Shown: piece after piece, positions 18,097-27,215 of the stretch
Position numbering within the stretch: the stretch's first letter is position 1
Layout: each line of letters opens with the position of its first letter
Assembly (NCBI GenBank): GCA_000996605.1
Contig: LCOP01000002.1
Span: 1-55,181, forward strand
Origin: Parcubacteria group bacterium GW2011_GWA1_47_8
GTDB lineage: Bacteria > Patescibacteriota > Minisyncoccia > Phycocordibacterales > UBA1550
Length of the DNA stretch: 55,181 bases
Direction: 5' to 3'
Notes under the pieces: generated by a model
Database searches by the model: none
Told to the model about the DNA's origin: nothing
What the model saw: the letters and a program-made list of their open reading frames with translations, nothing else
Position numbers and translations under genes: made by a program

Positions 18097-20163
18097 ATGA
18101 ACTTCCCAAAAACAAAAAAAGAAGAAGTAAGCGATGAAATTTTTGGTATTAAGGTTGCTGACCCATACCGATGGCTTGAGAACACGGAAAGCACTAACGT
18201 ACAGACATGGTTGGATGAACAGAACAATTATACTCGGTCGTCCCTAGACGAGATTCCCGGAAGAGAAAAACTACGTAAGGAATTTGAGCATTTATTTCGC
18301 GAAGAAACAATAGGATTCCCTATCCCTAAAAATGGGCGCTATTTTTATATTAAAAGGAAGGCCAATGAGGACATTGGGGTACTTTATGTAAAAAAAGGGC
18401 TGATTGGAGAGCCTCGAGTGTTAGTTGACCCGAACATCATTTCTAAGGAAAAAGGTTCCGCGGTGAATCTCGCGGGGTATTCGATATCCGAAGATGGAGC
18501 GTTTATTACCTATCGTTTGTCGGAAGCGGCAAATGATATGGCGAGCTTGTACGTTATTAATGTTGAGACAGGAGAAAAACTGCAAGACGTTATCCCCGGG
18601 GAATTCTACCCGACCACTGGATCATGGGCTGTTGATAATACCGGGTTTTGGTATACGCGGAGAAAAGACGGCACTCCCAAAGGAGAAGAAAAATTTCACA
18701 AGAAGGTCTTTTACCATAAACTAGGAACGCCTTTTTCTGATGACGAACTTGTGTTTGGAGAATCTTTTGCAAAGGAAGATTATGTGGGGGCATCAGTAAC
18801 CCATGGCGGACGTTATCTAAAGGCAGGGGTCTCTATCTCTTCCGAAGCATATCGTCGCGGGGAAGTTTATCTTCTTGATCTGGCAAACCCTCAAGCTGGC
18901 TTTGTCCCTATTGTCAAAGATATCAAAGGAGACGAGGACATCTTTTTCCAAGTAGTCATTCATAGAGATTTTGCGTACGTTCTCAGTAATTTTAAAGCTC
19001 CAAAATGGAAAATCGAGAGAGTTGCCATTCCTGACATACAAAAAGGCATGGAAGCATGGGAGGTTGTTATCCCCGAGGATAAAGACCGAACGATTGAAGA
19101 CCTCGTGCTTGCCGGCGAGAAGCTTTTTGTTCTTACCTTGGAGAACGTATATTCAGTGTTGCGCGAATATTCTTTGGAGGGGGAGATAACACGAGAAATC
19201 CCGCTTCCAACGCTTGGCACAGTGAACCGTGCATTAGCAGAGCCTGAAGGGAAAGAGGGATTTTTCAGTTTTGATTCGTTTGCGTATCCCGATACTGTCT
19301 TTCGGATTGATTTTAATACTGATGTGGTTTCTGTATATGAAAAACAAAAGATTACCGTTGATACGTCTGATTTTGTTTCAGAACAGGTCTGGTGTACTTC
19401 CAAAGATGGTACGCGTGTGCCGATGTTTCTGGTTTATAAAAAAGGGCTGGCGATAAATGGTAATGCTCCGACGGTGATGTATGGGTACGGAGGTTTCAAT
19501 ATCAGCAAAACCCCCAGTTTCATGAAGCATATAATTCCGTTTATAGAACGGGGAGGGTTGTATGTTATTGCCAATATTCGGGGTGGTGGTGAATTCGGAG
19601 AGGAGTGGCATAAAGCGGGTACTAAGAGACAGAAACAGAACGTATTTGACGATTTTATTTCTGTAGCAAAATGGTTGATAGAAAACAACTATACAAACTC
19701 AAACCGCCTCGCTATCGCCGGGGGGAGTAATGGCGGATTGCTTGTGGGTGCTGTGATGACACAACGCCCGGAGTTGTTCAGGGCGGTCGTTATGTCTGTT
19801 CCTGTTGCTGATATGCTACGGTATCATTTATTTCACGGAGGGAGACACTGGATTCCTGACTATGGCAGTGCAGAGGACGAAGATATGTTCCCGTATCTTT
19901 TAGCATATAGTCCGTATCACAACGTGAAAGATGGCACACCGTATCCCTCGACAATTATTATAACCGCGGATCAAGACGATCGCGTTCACCCGGGGCAGGC
20001 ATTCAAAATGGCGGCACGACTACAAGAAACAAATATTTCTACCAATCCAATACTCCTTCGTGTCGAGAGAAAGGCGGGACATGGTGGTGCCGTCGATGTC
20101 TCGCGGTATATTAATAAGGCAGTGGACGAGTGGAGCTTTGTTTTCAAAGAGCTGGGAATGTGA
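18097..20163 (+). CDS. prolyl oligopeptidase (peptidase S9A)
   Basis: The ORF track starts at 18022, inside the terminator loop. ATG 18097 gives MNFPKTKKEEVSDEIFGIKVADPYRWLEN, a canonical POP N-terminus. It has a beta-propeller region, catalytic Ser GGSNGGLL, Asp DQDDRVHP and His AGHGG. Confidence 0.9.
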   Translation: MNFPKTKKEEVSDEIFGIKVADPYRWLENTESTNVQTWLDEQNNYTRSSLDEIPGREKLRKEFEHLFREETIGFPIPKNGRYFYIKRKANEDIGVLYVKKGLIGEPRVLVDPNIISKEKGSAVNLAGYSISEDGAFITYRLSEAANDMASLYVINVETGEKLQDVIPGEFYPTTGSWAVDNTGFWYTRRKDGTPKGEEKFHKKVFYHKLGTPFSDDELVFGESFAKEDYVGASVTHGGRYLKAGVSISSEAYRRGEVYLLDLANPQAGFVPIVKDIKGDEDIFFQVVIHRDFAYVLSNFKAPKWKIERVAIPDIQKGMEAWEVVIPEDKDRTIEDLVLAGEKLFVLTLENVYSVLREYSLEGEITREIPLPTLGTVNRALAEPEGKEGFFSFDSFAYPDTVFRIDFNTDVVSVYEKQKITVDTSDFVSEQVWCTSKDGTRVPMFLVYKKGLAINGNAPTVMYGYGGFNISKTPSFMKHIIPFIERGGLYVIANIRGGGEFGEEWHKAGTKRQKQNVFDDFISVAKWLIENNYTNSNRLAIAGGSNGGLLVGAVMTQRPELFRAVVMSVPVADMLRYHLFHGGRHWIPDYGSAEDEDMFPYLLAYSPYHNVKDGTPYPSTIIITADQDDRVHPGQAFKMAARLQETNISTNPILLRVERKAGHGGAVDVSRYINKAVDEWSFVFKELGM

Positions 20164-20187
20164 TGCTCATAAAACTAACCCGCCATA

Positions 20188-20196
20188 TGCTACAAT
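20188..20196 (+). promoter_or_regulatory. candidate extended -10 box TGCTACAAT upstream of the second ABC exporter gene
   Basis: Identical 9-mer to the one before leuS, 9 nt before ATG 20206. Confidence 0.4.
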
Positions 20197-20205
20197 ACGG
20201 TTCAT

Positions 20206-22017
20206 ATGTCCGACACAAACGACACCGAGGAAGCCTCGACGGAGCAAAAACCTGAGATAAGGAAAGGCCTACGGGCCATATGGCGCCACGTCCGGCCGTT
20301 TAAGAAAGAACTTGTTGTTCTAGTAGTTTTGGGCGTGGTTTCGGCGATAGCAAATGGATTCGTCCCATACGTTACGGGGCGCTTTTTTGATACACTCATC
20401 AATCTTTCGCAGGGAACAGAAACGTTTACGGCGAGCACATTTCCTCTGTGGGTGGTTTTGCTTGGTGCGTGGGTCTTGGTTCAGCTTGTGGCAAATAATG
20501 TTGATTGGGTCATGGATCGCATGAGAAGGCGGGTAGATATTGGTGTGCATCTCGGTATTCAAACGACGGGGTTTAAACACCTTCTTCATGCGCCCATGGT
20601 GTACCACAAAAGCGTACATATAAATGGGGTAATGCAAAAAATCAGTACTACCGGGTGGCGAGTTTCAGCCATTGTGGGTACAGTCGTGAACATAGCTCCG
20701 CAATTCCTCAGTATCATCATTGGACTTACTCTTGCCGCAAGTATCAATACATTTCTCGCCGGCATTTTGGTTGTAGGGGTGCTTTTGTACATTGCGCTTT
20801 TGTTGAGAATCCTTGCGCCTATCGCGGCGATAGATGCGGCGGCGCACAAGTCGTGGAGTGAGGGTTGGGACGATGTGGCGCAAGCGATAACGCAGATCGA
20901 GAGCGTGAAACAGGCAACTACCGAAGAGTACGAGAGTCAAGCGGTACAGAAGTCATTAAGGGAAAGAACTTATAATTTATGGGCACACATCGAACGCAAC
21001 TGGAGCAACGTCAGTTTCTTTCAACGCATGATCGTGCTCGTAACGCAGTTTACCGTGTTTATCTTTTCAGTAAAATTTATTTCAAACGGCACGATTACCG
21101 TCGGCGAGCTTGTCGCACTCAATGGCTATGCACTGATGTTCTTTGGTCCCTTTGTATCACTCGGACATAGCTGGCAAACGATTCAAAACGGCATCACGGT
21201 GGCGGCGCAGGCCGAAGAGATTTTTGATGGAGAAGAAGAAAATTATGTACCCGAGGGTGCAATAACCCCCGAACATTTTTCGGGCGAGGTTGTCTTTGAG
21301 AATGCTTCTTTTGCATACGGCGAAGACCAGCCGGACGTTCTTGCGGGGGTTGATTTCAAAGTTCATGCGGGGCAGGTGGTTGCATTTGTCGGGGAGTCGG
21401 GAGTAGGCAAGAGTACCGCCATTTCCCTCATCTCCGGATATTATTTCCCGACGAAGGGTCGTGTGCTCGTCGACGGTGTAGATACGCGAAAGCTCGACCT
21501 CATAAATCTCCGCAGAAATATTGCGATGGTCCCCCAGGAGGTAGCGCTTTTCAATGATACGATTAAATCAAATATTTCTTATGGTTCTCCGGATGCATCC
21601 GCGGAGGATATTGCACGTGCTACCGAAGAGGCGCATGCGCGTGAGTTTATTGAAGCACTCCCGCTCAAATACGAAACGATTGTTGGTGAGCGCGGGATTA
21701 AACTCTCGGTAGGACAGAAGCAACGCGTCTCTATCGCCCGAGCAATCTTGCGTGACCCCAAGATCCTTATTCTCGATGAACCAACGAGCGCGCTTGATAG
21801 CGAAACCGAACGCAAGGTGACGGAGGCTTTGGAAAAATTAATGAAAGGGCGCACGACGTTCATCATCGCACACCGTCTTTCCACAGTACGCAAAGCAGAC
21901 CGCATCTTTGTTATTGAAAAAGGGAAGATTGTGGAAGAGGGAAGTCATGACGAACTCATGAAAATCGAAAATGGAAACTACCGCCACCGCTACGAGCTTC
22001 ATATCGGGTTGGTGTAA
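20206..22017 (+). CDS. ABC exporter, fused permease/ATPase half-transporter with non-canonical signature motif
   Basis: 603 aa. Walker A GESGVGKST, signature LSVGQKQR (Gly to Val at the second Gly), Walker B ILILDEPTS, H-loop IAHRLST. Confidence 0.9.
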   Translation: MSDTNDTEEASTEQKPEIRKGLRAIWRHVRPFKKELVVLVVLGVVSAIANGFVPYVTGRFFDTLINLSQGTETFTASTFPLWVVLLGAWVLVQLVANNVDWVMDRMRRRVDIGVHLGIQTTGFKHLLHAPMVYHKSVHINGVMQKISTTGWRVSAIVGTVVNIAPQFLSIIIGLTLAASINTFLAGILVVGVLLYIALLLRILAPIAAIDAAAHKSWSEGWDDVAQAITQIESVKQATTEEYESQAVQKSLRERTYNLWAHIERNWSNVSFFQRMIVLVTQFTVFIFSVKFISNGTITVGELVALNGYALMFFGPFVSLGHSWQTIQNGITVAAQAEEIFDGEEENYVPEGAITPEHFSGEVVFENASFAYGEDQPDVLAGVDFKVHAGQVVAFVGESGVGKSTAISLISGYYFPTKGRVLVDGVDTRKLDLINLRRNIAMVPQEVALFNDTIKSNISYGSPDASAEDIARATEEAHAREFIEALPLKYETIVGERGIKLSVGQKQRVSIARAILRDPKILILDEPTSALDSETERKVTEALEKLMKGRTTFIIAHRLSTVRKADRIFVIEKGKIVEEGSHDELMKIENGNYRHRYELHIGLV

Positions 22018-22049
22018 AAAAAGCTGCATTTGATTTTTGGCGTCATGTT

Positions 22050-22058
22050 TGATACACT
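22050..22058 (+). promoter_or_regulatory. candidate extended -10 box TGATACACT, 6 nt before ATG 22065
   Basis: TGnTAnAnT plus a 6-nt spacer (CGCCGT) plus ATG. Same geometry as leuS, the HlyD-like gene, the RAYT gene and others. Confidence 0.4.
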
Positions 22059-22064
22059 CGCCGT

Positions 22065-22295
22065 ATGATTAAAGAATTTTTAATGAAACAGGTAATAAAG
22101 CGTCAGCTCAAGGGCATGCCCGAGGCGGAAATTGATCGCATTATAGGACTCGTGGAAAAGAATCCCGACTTGTTCAAAAAGATTGGCGAGGAGATCAAGG
22201 CAAAGGTGAAGGCTGGTCGCTCGGAAACCGCGGCTTCGATGGAGGTCATGCGCGCGCATCAAGCGGAGCTTCAGAAAATATTGAGCAATAAATAA
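22065..22295 (+). CDS. small helical protein, unknown function (76 aa)
   Basis: The ORF fills the gap between the ABC exporter and ychF. It has its own leaderless-type promoter geometry. No recognisable family. Confidence 0.55.
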   Translation: MIKEFLMKQVIKRQLKGMPEAEIDRIIGLVEKNPDLFKKIGEEIKAKVKAGRSETAASMEVMRAHQAELQKILSNK

Positions 22296-22382
22296 TAAAA
22301 TATTGAAATAGTAAAATATCAACACAAAAACTCAAAAGGCATTTTTATTTTATTATTGACTATTTAACTACTAACTTCCCCT

Positions 22383-23419
22383 ATGGCACTCGCAATCGGT
22401 ATCGTCGGGCTTCCGAACGTCGGCAAGTCAACCTTGTTTAACGCCTTGACCAAGAAATCGGTCCCCGCGGAAAATTATCCCTTCTGCACCATCGACCCTT
22501 CGGTCGGTGTTGTTGCGGTGCCTGACCCACGCCTCTATCACTTGGCTTCATTTTCAAAAACAAAAAAGACGATTCCCGCGGCGGTGGAATTCGTCGACAT
22601 TGCCGGTCTCGTAAAGGGTGCATCCGAAGGCGAGGGCTTGGGTAATAAATTTCTCGCACACATTCGTGAAGTGGATGCGATCCGGTGTCGGATATTGAGA
22701 CGATTAATCTCGAGCTTATCATTGCAGACCAGCAGACTGTAGAGAAACGCCTCGCTAATATTGAGAAGGACGTGAAGCGCGGCGACAAGGAAGCAGTAAA
22801 AGAAAAAGAAATTTTGCAGAAAATTTTTGAAGCACTTGGGCAAGGGAGGCTTGCGCGTACGGTGATGCTTATGGACGAGGAAGCGCCTTTAGTACGCACA
22901 CTGCATCTCCTTACCATGAAGCCGATTTTATACGTGCTCAATAAAAAGGCAGGAGGGAAAAATTTGGATGAAATAAATGATCTGCGGTACACGGCGCTCC
23001 TTGAATATCTAAAAACACTTGGTGCGCACTATGTGGTAGTGGATGCAGGCGTGGAACAAGAGCTTTCGGCATTTGAAGGAGAAGAAAAAGAAATGTTTCG
23101 CGCGGAGCTTGGCTCGAGGAATGACGGTATCAATGACCTTATTACCAAAGGCTACGAGATGCTTGGGCTTGAAACATATTTTACTACCGGGGAGGTGGAA
23201 ACGCGTGCATGGACTATCAAAAAAGGGAGCACGGCACCGGTTGCAGGTCAGGCGATCCACACGGATTTTAAAGACAAGTTCATCCGCGCGGAAGTTATTT
23301 TCTGGAAAGATTTGCTTGATGCAGGTTCATTTGCAAATGCAAAGGAGAAGGGGCAGTTACGAATAGAAGGAAAGGAGTATATAGTCAAAGACGGCGATGT
23401 GATCGAGTTTCGGGTGTAG
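22383..23419 (+). pseudogene. ychF: ribosome-binding ATPase YchF, disrupted by an internal out-of-frame deletion
   Basis: ORF 22383-22742 carries G1 GLPNVGKST and G3 DIAGLV up to [11 protein letters not shown] 22685-23419 resumes in another frame at (D)[16 protein letters not shown] and runs to the TGS-like C-terminus (IVKDGDVIEFRV). About 19 residues (xHVVRCFxxxxIxHVxGxV in E. coli YchF) are missing at the junction. Confidence 0.8.
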
Positions 23420-23499
23420 GGGCTAAATTATCTTATCGGACATCGGTCTCTTGTGTAGTGAACTAATACAGATTGTTTGACAAACATGAGGATATTACC

Positions 23500-24570
23500 A
23501 TGAGTAAAATGCTCATCCATAACTTGTTGTACCCTTACCCCGCTGCTTTTGGCGGGGCTTTCGTTTCTATTGCGTTCTTTGGGGAGGGGGAGTATCATGT
23601 ACATATGGAAAGATTAAAAACAACACCTAAAGATTTCTTCATTCATTTGGGAGTTCTCGTGTCTTTGTATATAAGCGTGATAAGTATTTTGACGCTCATT
23701 TTTAGCATTATAGATCAGGTATTCCCCAAGGAGTTTAGCTATACTGACCCTTATGCGGGCGGGGTGAGTTTGGCGATGGCGATGCTTCTTGTAGCATTTC
23801 CGCTCTGTGTCCTTTTTACGCGCGCGCTTTCAAAAGAAGAACGTATTTTTCCCGAGAAGCGCAATCTGTGGGCGCGTAAAGCAATCACGTACTGCACGCT
23901 ATTCATTGCAATTTTGGTTGTTGCCATTGACCTCATTGTCCTTCTCAATAGTTTTTTCTCTGGAGAAGAGATTACGATGGCATTTGGACTCAAGATATTT
24001 TCAATTATTGTGGTAATCGGCACTGTCGCTGGTTATTATTTATATGATCTTCGCCGTAAGCCAGAAGATGATGGCGCGCGGGTACGCACACGGTATACAT
24101 ATAGCGCGCTTGCTGTTATTGTCCTTGCTTTCGGTCTTGGATTTTATGTAATGGGTTCGCCGTACACGCAGAAACAAAAGAGGTTTGATGCGGAGCGAGT
24201 ATCTCATTTACAGATGATTCAAAACCAAATCATTCCATATTGGCAAACAAAGAATAAACTTCCGATGACACTCAAGGATCTCGAGGATCCAATAAGTGGG
24301 TTTATGATGCCAGTAGACCCAGACAATAAGTCACCATACGAGTATGTTGTCACAGGAAAATTTTCTTTTCAGCTATGCGCGACATTTGGCAGAGAATCAC
24401 CACTTAGCGCTAGTGCCGGTATTTTTTCTGAGCCAGCTTTGCCATACAAGAATGTAATGGATGAAAATTGGAAGCACGGTGTTGGAAAAGTATGTTTTGA
24501 GCGCACTATTGATCCAGAGCGTTACGAGCTACAAAAAGGACTTTTACCCACACCTACACCGTTTCGATAG
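23500..24570 (+). CDS. polytopic membrane protein with C-terminal pilin-like globular domain
   Basis: The ORF track starts at TTG 23473; the first in-frame ATG is 23500. It has about 6 TM helices. The C-terminal RFDAERVSHLQMIQNQIIPYW...PVDPDNKSPYEYVV...FQLCATF parallels RDAQRISDLKSVKTALG...PVDP in the two pilins at 50442-52001. Confidence 0.7.
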   Translation: MSKMLIHNLLYPYPAAFGGAFVSIAFFGEGEYHVHMERLKTTPKDFFIHLGVLVSLYISVISILTLIFSIIDQVFPKEFSYTDPYAGGVSLAMAMLLVAFPLCVLFTRALSKEERIFPEKRNLWARKAITYCTLFIAILVVAIDLIVLLNSFFSGEEITMAFGLKIFSIIVVIGTVAGYYLYDLRRKPEDDGARVRTRYTYSALAVIVLAFGLGFYVMGSPYTQKQKRFDAERVSHLQMIQNQIIPYWQTKNKLPMTLKDLEDPISGFMMPVDPDNKSPYEYVVTGKFSFQLCATFGRESPLSASAGIFSEPALPYKNVMDENWKHGVGKVCFERTIDPERYELQKGLLPTPTPFR

Positions 24571-24614
24571 AGGTTTAATTATACAACCCCCCGCTTTGAG
24601 CAAAGCTGGGGGTT

Positions 24615-24623
24615 TGCTACAAT
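24615..24623 (+). promoter_or_regulatory. candidate extended -10 box TGCTACAAT, 6 nt before the leuS ATG (leaderless geometry)
   Basis: TGCTACAAT-GACAAA-ATG(24630). Confidence 0.45.
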
Positions 24624-24629
24624 GACAAA

Positions 24630-27044
24630 ATGGATGGGAAATATGACCATAAACAAATAGAGAAAAAATGGCAAGCTCTATGGGAAACGGCGGGTATGTA
24701 TCGCGCGAGCGACAAATCCAATAAACCGAAAAAATACGTTTTGGATATGTTCCCGTATCCGTCGGGCGAGGGACTCCACGTCGGGCATCCAAAAGGATAC
24801 ATTGCGACGGATATTTATTCGCGGATGAAGCGTATGCAGGGGTTCAATGTGCTTCACCCGATGGGGTGGGATGCCTTCGGTCTACCTGCGGAACAGTATG
24901 CAATAAAAAATAAAATACACCCGCGTGTTGCGGTGGATAAAAATGTTGCACGCTACAAAGAGCAACTTTCAGATATTGGTTTTGATTATGATTGGTCACG
25001 TGAAGTGAACACCACCGACCCCACTTTTTACAAATGGACACAGTGGATTTTTTTGAAAATGTTTGAAAAGGGACTTGCATATGAAAGCTATGAGCCAATC
25101 AATTGGTGCCCATCTTGCCAGACTGGGCTTGCCAACGAAGATCTGGAAGACGGCAAGTGCGAGCGATGTGGCACGCTTGTGGAGAAAAAGCCGATGCGCC
25201 AGTGGGTGATTCGCATTACCAAGTATGCCGACCGAATGCTTAATGATTTAGATAAGCTCGATTGGCCGACATCAATAAAAGAGTCTCAGAGAAATTGGAT
25301 AGGAAGAAGCGAAGGCGCGGAGATTGATTTTAAAATAGGTGGAAGTGGTAAAGTAACTACGGTTTTTACTACGCGCCCCGATACGCTTTTTGGTGCGACA
25401 TATTGCGTGCTTGCGCCGGAGCATAAACTTATTGATGAGCTGAAAGAGTCAATTACAAATTTGAGTGAAGTTGAAGGGTATCGCGAAGAAACAAAAATAC
25501 GCACGGAGATTGAACGCACCGCAGAGGGGCGCGAAAAAACTGGTGTAAAGTGTGAGGGAATAAGTGTGGTGAACCCCGCAAATGGCGAAGAGCTCCCGCT
25601 CTATGTTGCGGACTATGTACTCGGAAACTACGGCACGGGTGCGGTGATGGCGGTACCCGCGCATGACGAACGTGATTTTGCGTTTGCGAAGAAGTTTAGC
25701 CTACCAATAGTAAAAGTTGTGCAAGGAGGAGGCACAGACGGTGAAGCATATATTGGAAATGGTAATCTTTTTAATTCTGGTAGATTCGATGGGGTTTCTA
25801 ACGAAGTTGCAAAACGAAAAATAACTGACTTTGTAAACGGTCGCTGGGTTACGAAGTATCGTTTGAAGGACTGGGTATTCTCGCGTCAGCGCTATTGGGG
25901 CGAGCCGATCCCGCTTATTCATTGTGAGACTTGTGGCGTAGTTCCCGTTCCCGAAAAAGATTTGCCGGTAGTTTTGCCCGAAGTAGAATCATACGCACCA
26001 ACAGGAACAGGGGAGTCGCCACTTGCGGATATCGCAGAGTGGGTGAATGTATCATGTCCGAAGTGTGGTGGTGCTGGGAAGCGCGAGACGAACACCATGC
26101 CTCAGTGGGCAGGTTCGTCGTGGTACTACTTGCGATTTATTGACCCGCACAACACAGAAGCACTCGTTGATAAAGAAAAAGAAAAATATTGGTCACCGGT
26201 AGATATGTATGTGGGTGGTGCGGAGCACGCGACACGGCACCTCATTTACGCGCGCTTCTATCATAAGTTTTTGTATGACATTGGTGCGGTAAATTACGAG
26301 GAGCCATTTAGTCGTCTTCAAAATGTCGGACTTATTATGGCAGAGGACGGTCGCAAGATGAGCAAGCGTTGGGGAAACGTAGTAAACCCTGATGATATCG
26401 TTGCGGAATATGGCGCGGATACGCTCCGACTCTACGAAATGTTTATGGGACCGTTTGGGCAGTCGGTAGCATGGAGCACGCAGGGTATCGTTGGTCCGTA
26501 TCGTTTCCTCGAACGCGTGTGGCGGCTAAAAAATAAATTACAACAGACAACAGACAACAGGCAACAGGAAGACCAAAAATTAAACACTGAGCTCCATAAG
26601 ACGATAAAAAAAGTTACTGACGATATCGAAGCGATGAGTTTCAATACCGCCGTTTCCCAGCTCATGATTTTTGCCAACGAACTGGAAAAAGAGCCGCAGA
26701 TTTCCCGCATAGCATACGAAACATTCCTCAAACTCCTTGCGCCGTTTGCGCCGCATATTACAGAGGAGTTGTGGCATGAGATAGGGAATACGAGCTCGGT
26801 TCACGGGGCTTCGTGGCCAGTGTTTGACCTGCAAAAAATCGTCGAAAAAGAGGTGATCATCGCGATTCAAGTTGGTGGCAAGGTGAGGGATACGATGACA
26901 GTTGCGCGAGATTTGGATGAAAACGCGGTTCTTTTATTGGCGTTATCGCGACCGATTGTCGCCAAATGGACCGAAGGAAAAGAAGTCATCAAAGTCATCC
27001 ATGTTCCGCACAAACTCCTAAATATCGTTATAGGAGAAGGGTAA
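24630..27044 (+). CDS. leuS: leucine--tRNA ligase
   Basis: 804 aa with the class I HIGH motif (GLHVGHPKGY), KMSKRWGN (KMSKS), a CP1 editing domain and zinc-binding cysteines. Confidence 0.97.
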   Translation: MDGKYDHKQIEKKWQALWETAGMYRASDKSNKPKKYVLDMFPYPSGEGLHVGHPKGYIATDIYSRMKRMQGFNVLHPMGWDAFGLPAEQYAIKNKIHPRVAVDKNVARYKEQLSDIGFDYDWSREVNTTDPTFYKWTQWIFLKMFEKGLAYESYEPINWCPSCQTGLANEDLEDGKCERCGTLVEKKPMRQWVIRITKYADRMLNDLDKLDWPTSIKESQRNWIGRSEGAEIDFKIGGSGKVTTVFTTRPDTLFGATYCVLAPEHKLIDELKESITNLSEVEGYREETKIRTEIERTAEGREKTGVKCEGISVVNPANGEELPLYVADYVLGNYGTGAVMAVPAHDERDFAFAKKFSLPIVKVVQGGGTDGEAYIGNGNLFNSGRFDGVSNEVAKRKITDFVNGRWVTKYRLKDWVFSRQRYWGEPIPLIHCETCGVVPVPEKDLPVVLPEVESYAPTGTGESPLADIAEWVNVSCPKCGGAGKRETNTMPQWAGSSWYYLRFIDPHNTEALVDKEKEKYWSPVDMYVGGAEHATRHLIYARFYHKFLYDIGAVNYEEPFSRLQNVGLIMAEDGRKMSKRWGNVVNPDDIVAEYGADTLRLYEMFMGPFGQSVAWSTQGIVGPYRFLERVWRLKNKLQQTTDNRQQEDQKLNTELHKTIKKVTDDIEAMSFNTAVSQLMIFANELEKEPQISRIAYETFLKLLAPFAPHITEELWHEIGNTSSVHGASWPVFDLQKIVEKEVIIAIQVGGKVRDTMTVARDLDENAVLLLALSRPIVAKWTEGKEVIKVIHVPHKLLNIVIGEG

Positions 27045-27052
27045 AACTCGTT

Positions 27053-27080
27053 TCCCTGCGATCTCTGCCGCAGGGATTTT
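27053..27080 (+). terminator. candidate intrinsic terminator after leuS
   Basis: TCCCTGCG (27053-27060), an 8-nt loop, CGCAGGGA (27069-27076), then TTTT. Confidence 0.5.
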
Positions 27081-27215
27081 GATTGGAATCGGTGTATCCG
27101 GAAAAATCTCCTTTTCCGATATCCACCCCGAAAGCTTGACTTATCTATGTATTAGTGATAAAAATTAGGAACGTATTAATAAACAATTTAATCAGTAATC
27201 TTCTTGACCACAATT

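Noticed and set aside
17871-18227. 118-aa minus-strand ORF spanning the sORF, the terminator and the POP start
   Set aside because: It is low-complexity and antisense to a terminator hairpin and to the well-supported POP N-terminus. It has no promoter-like box or homology.
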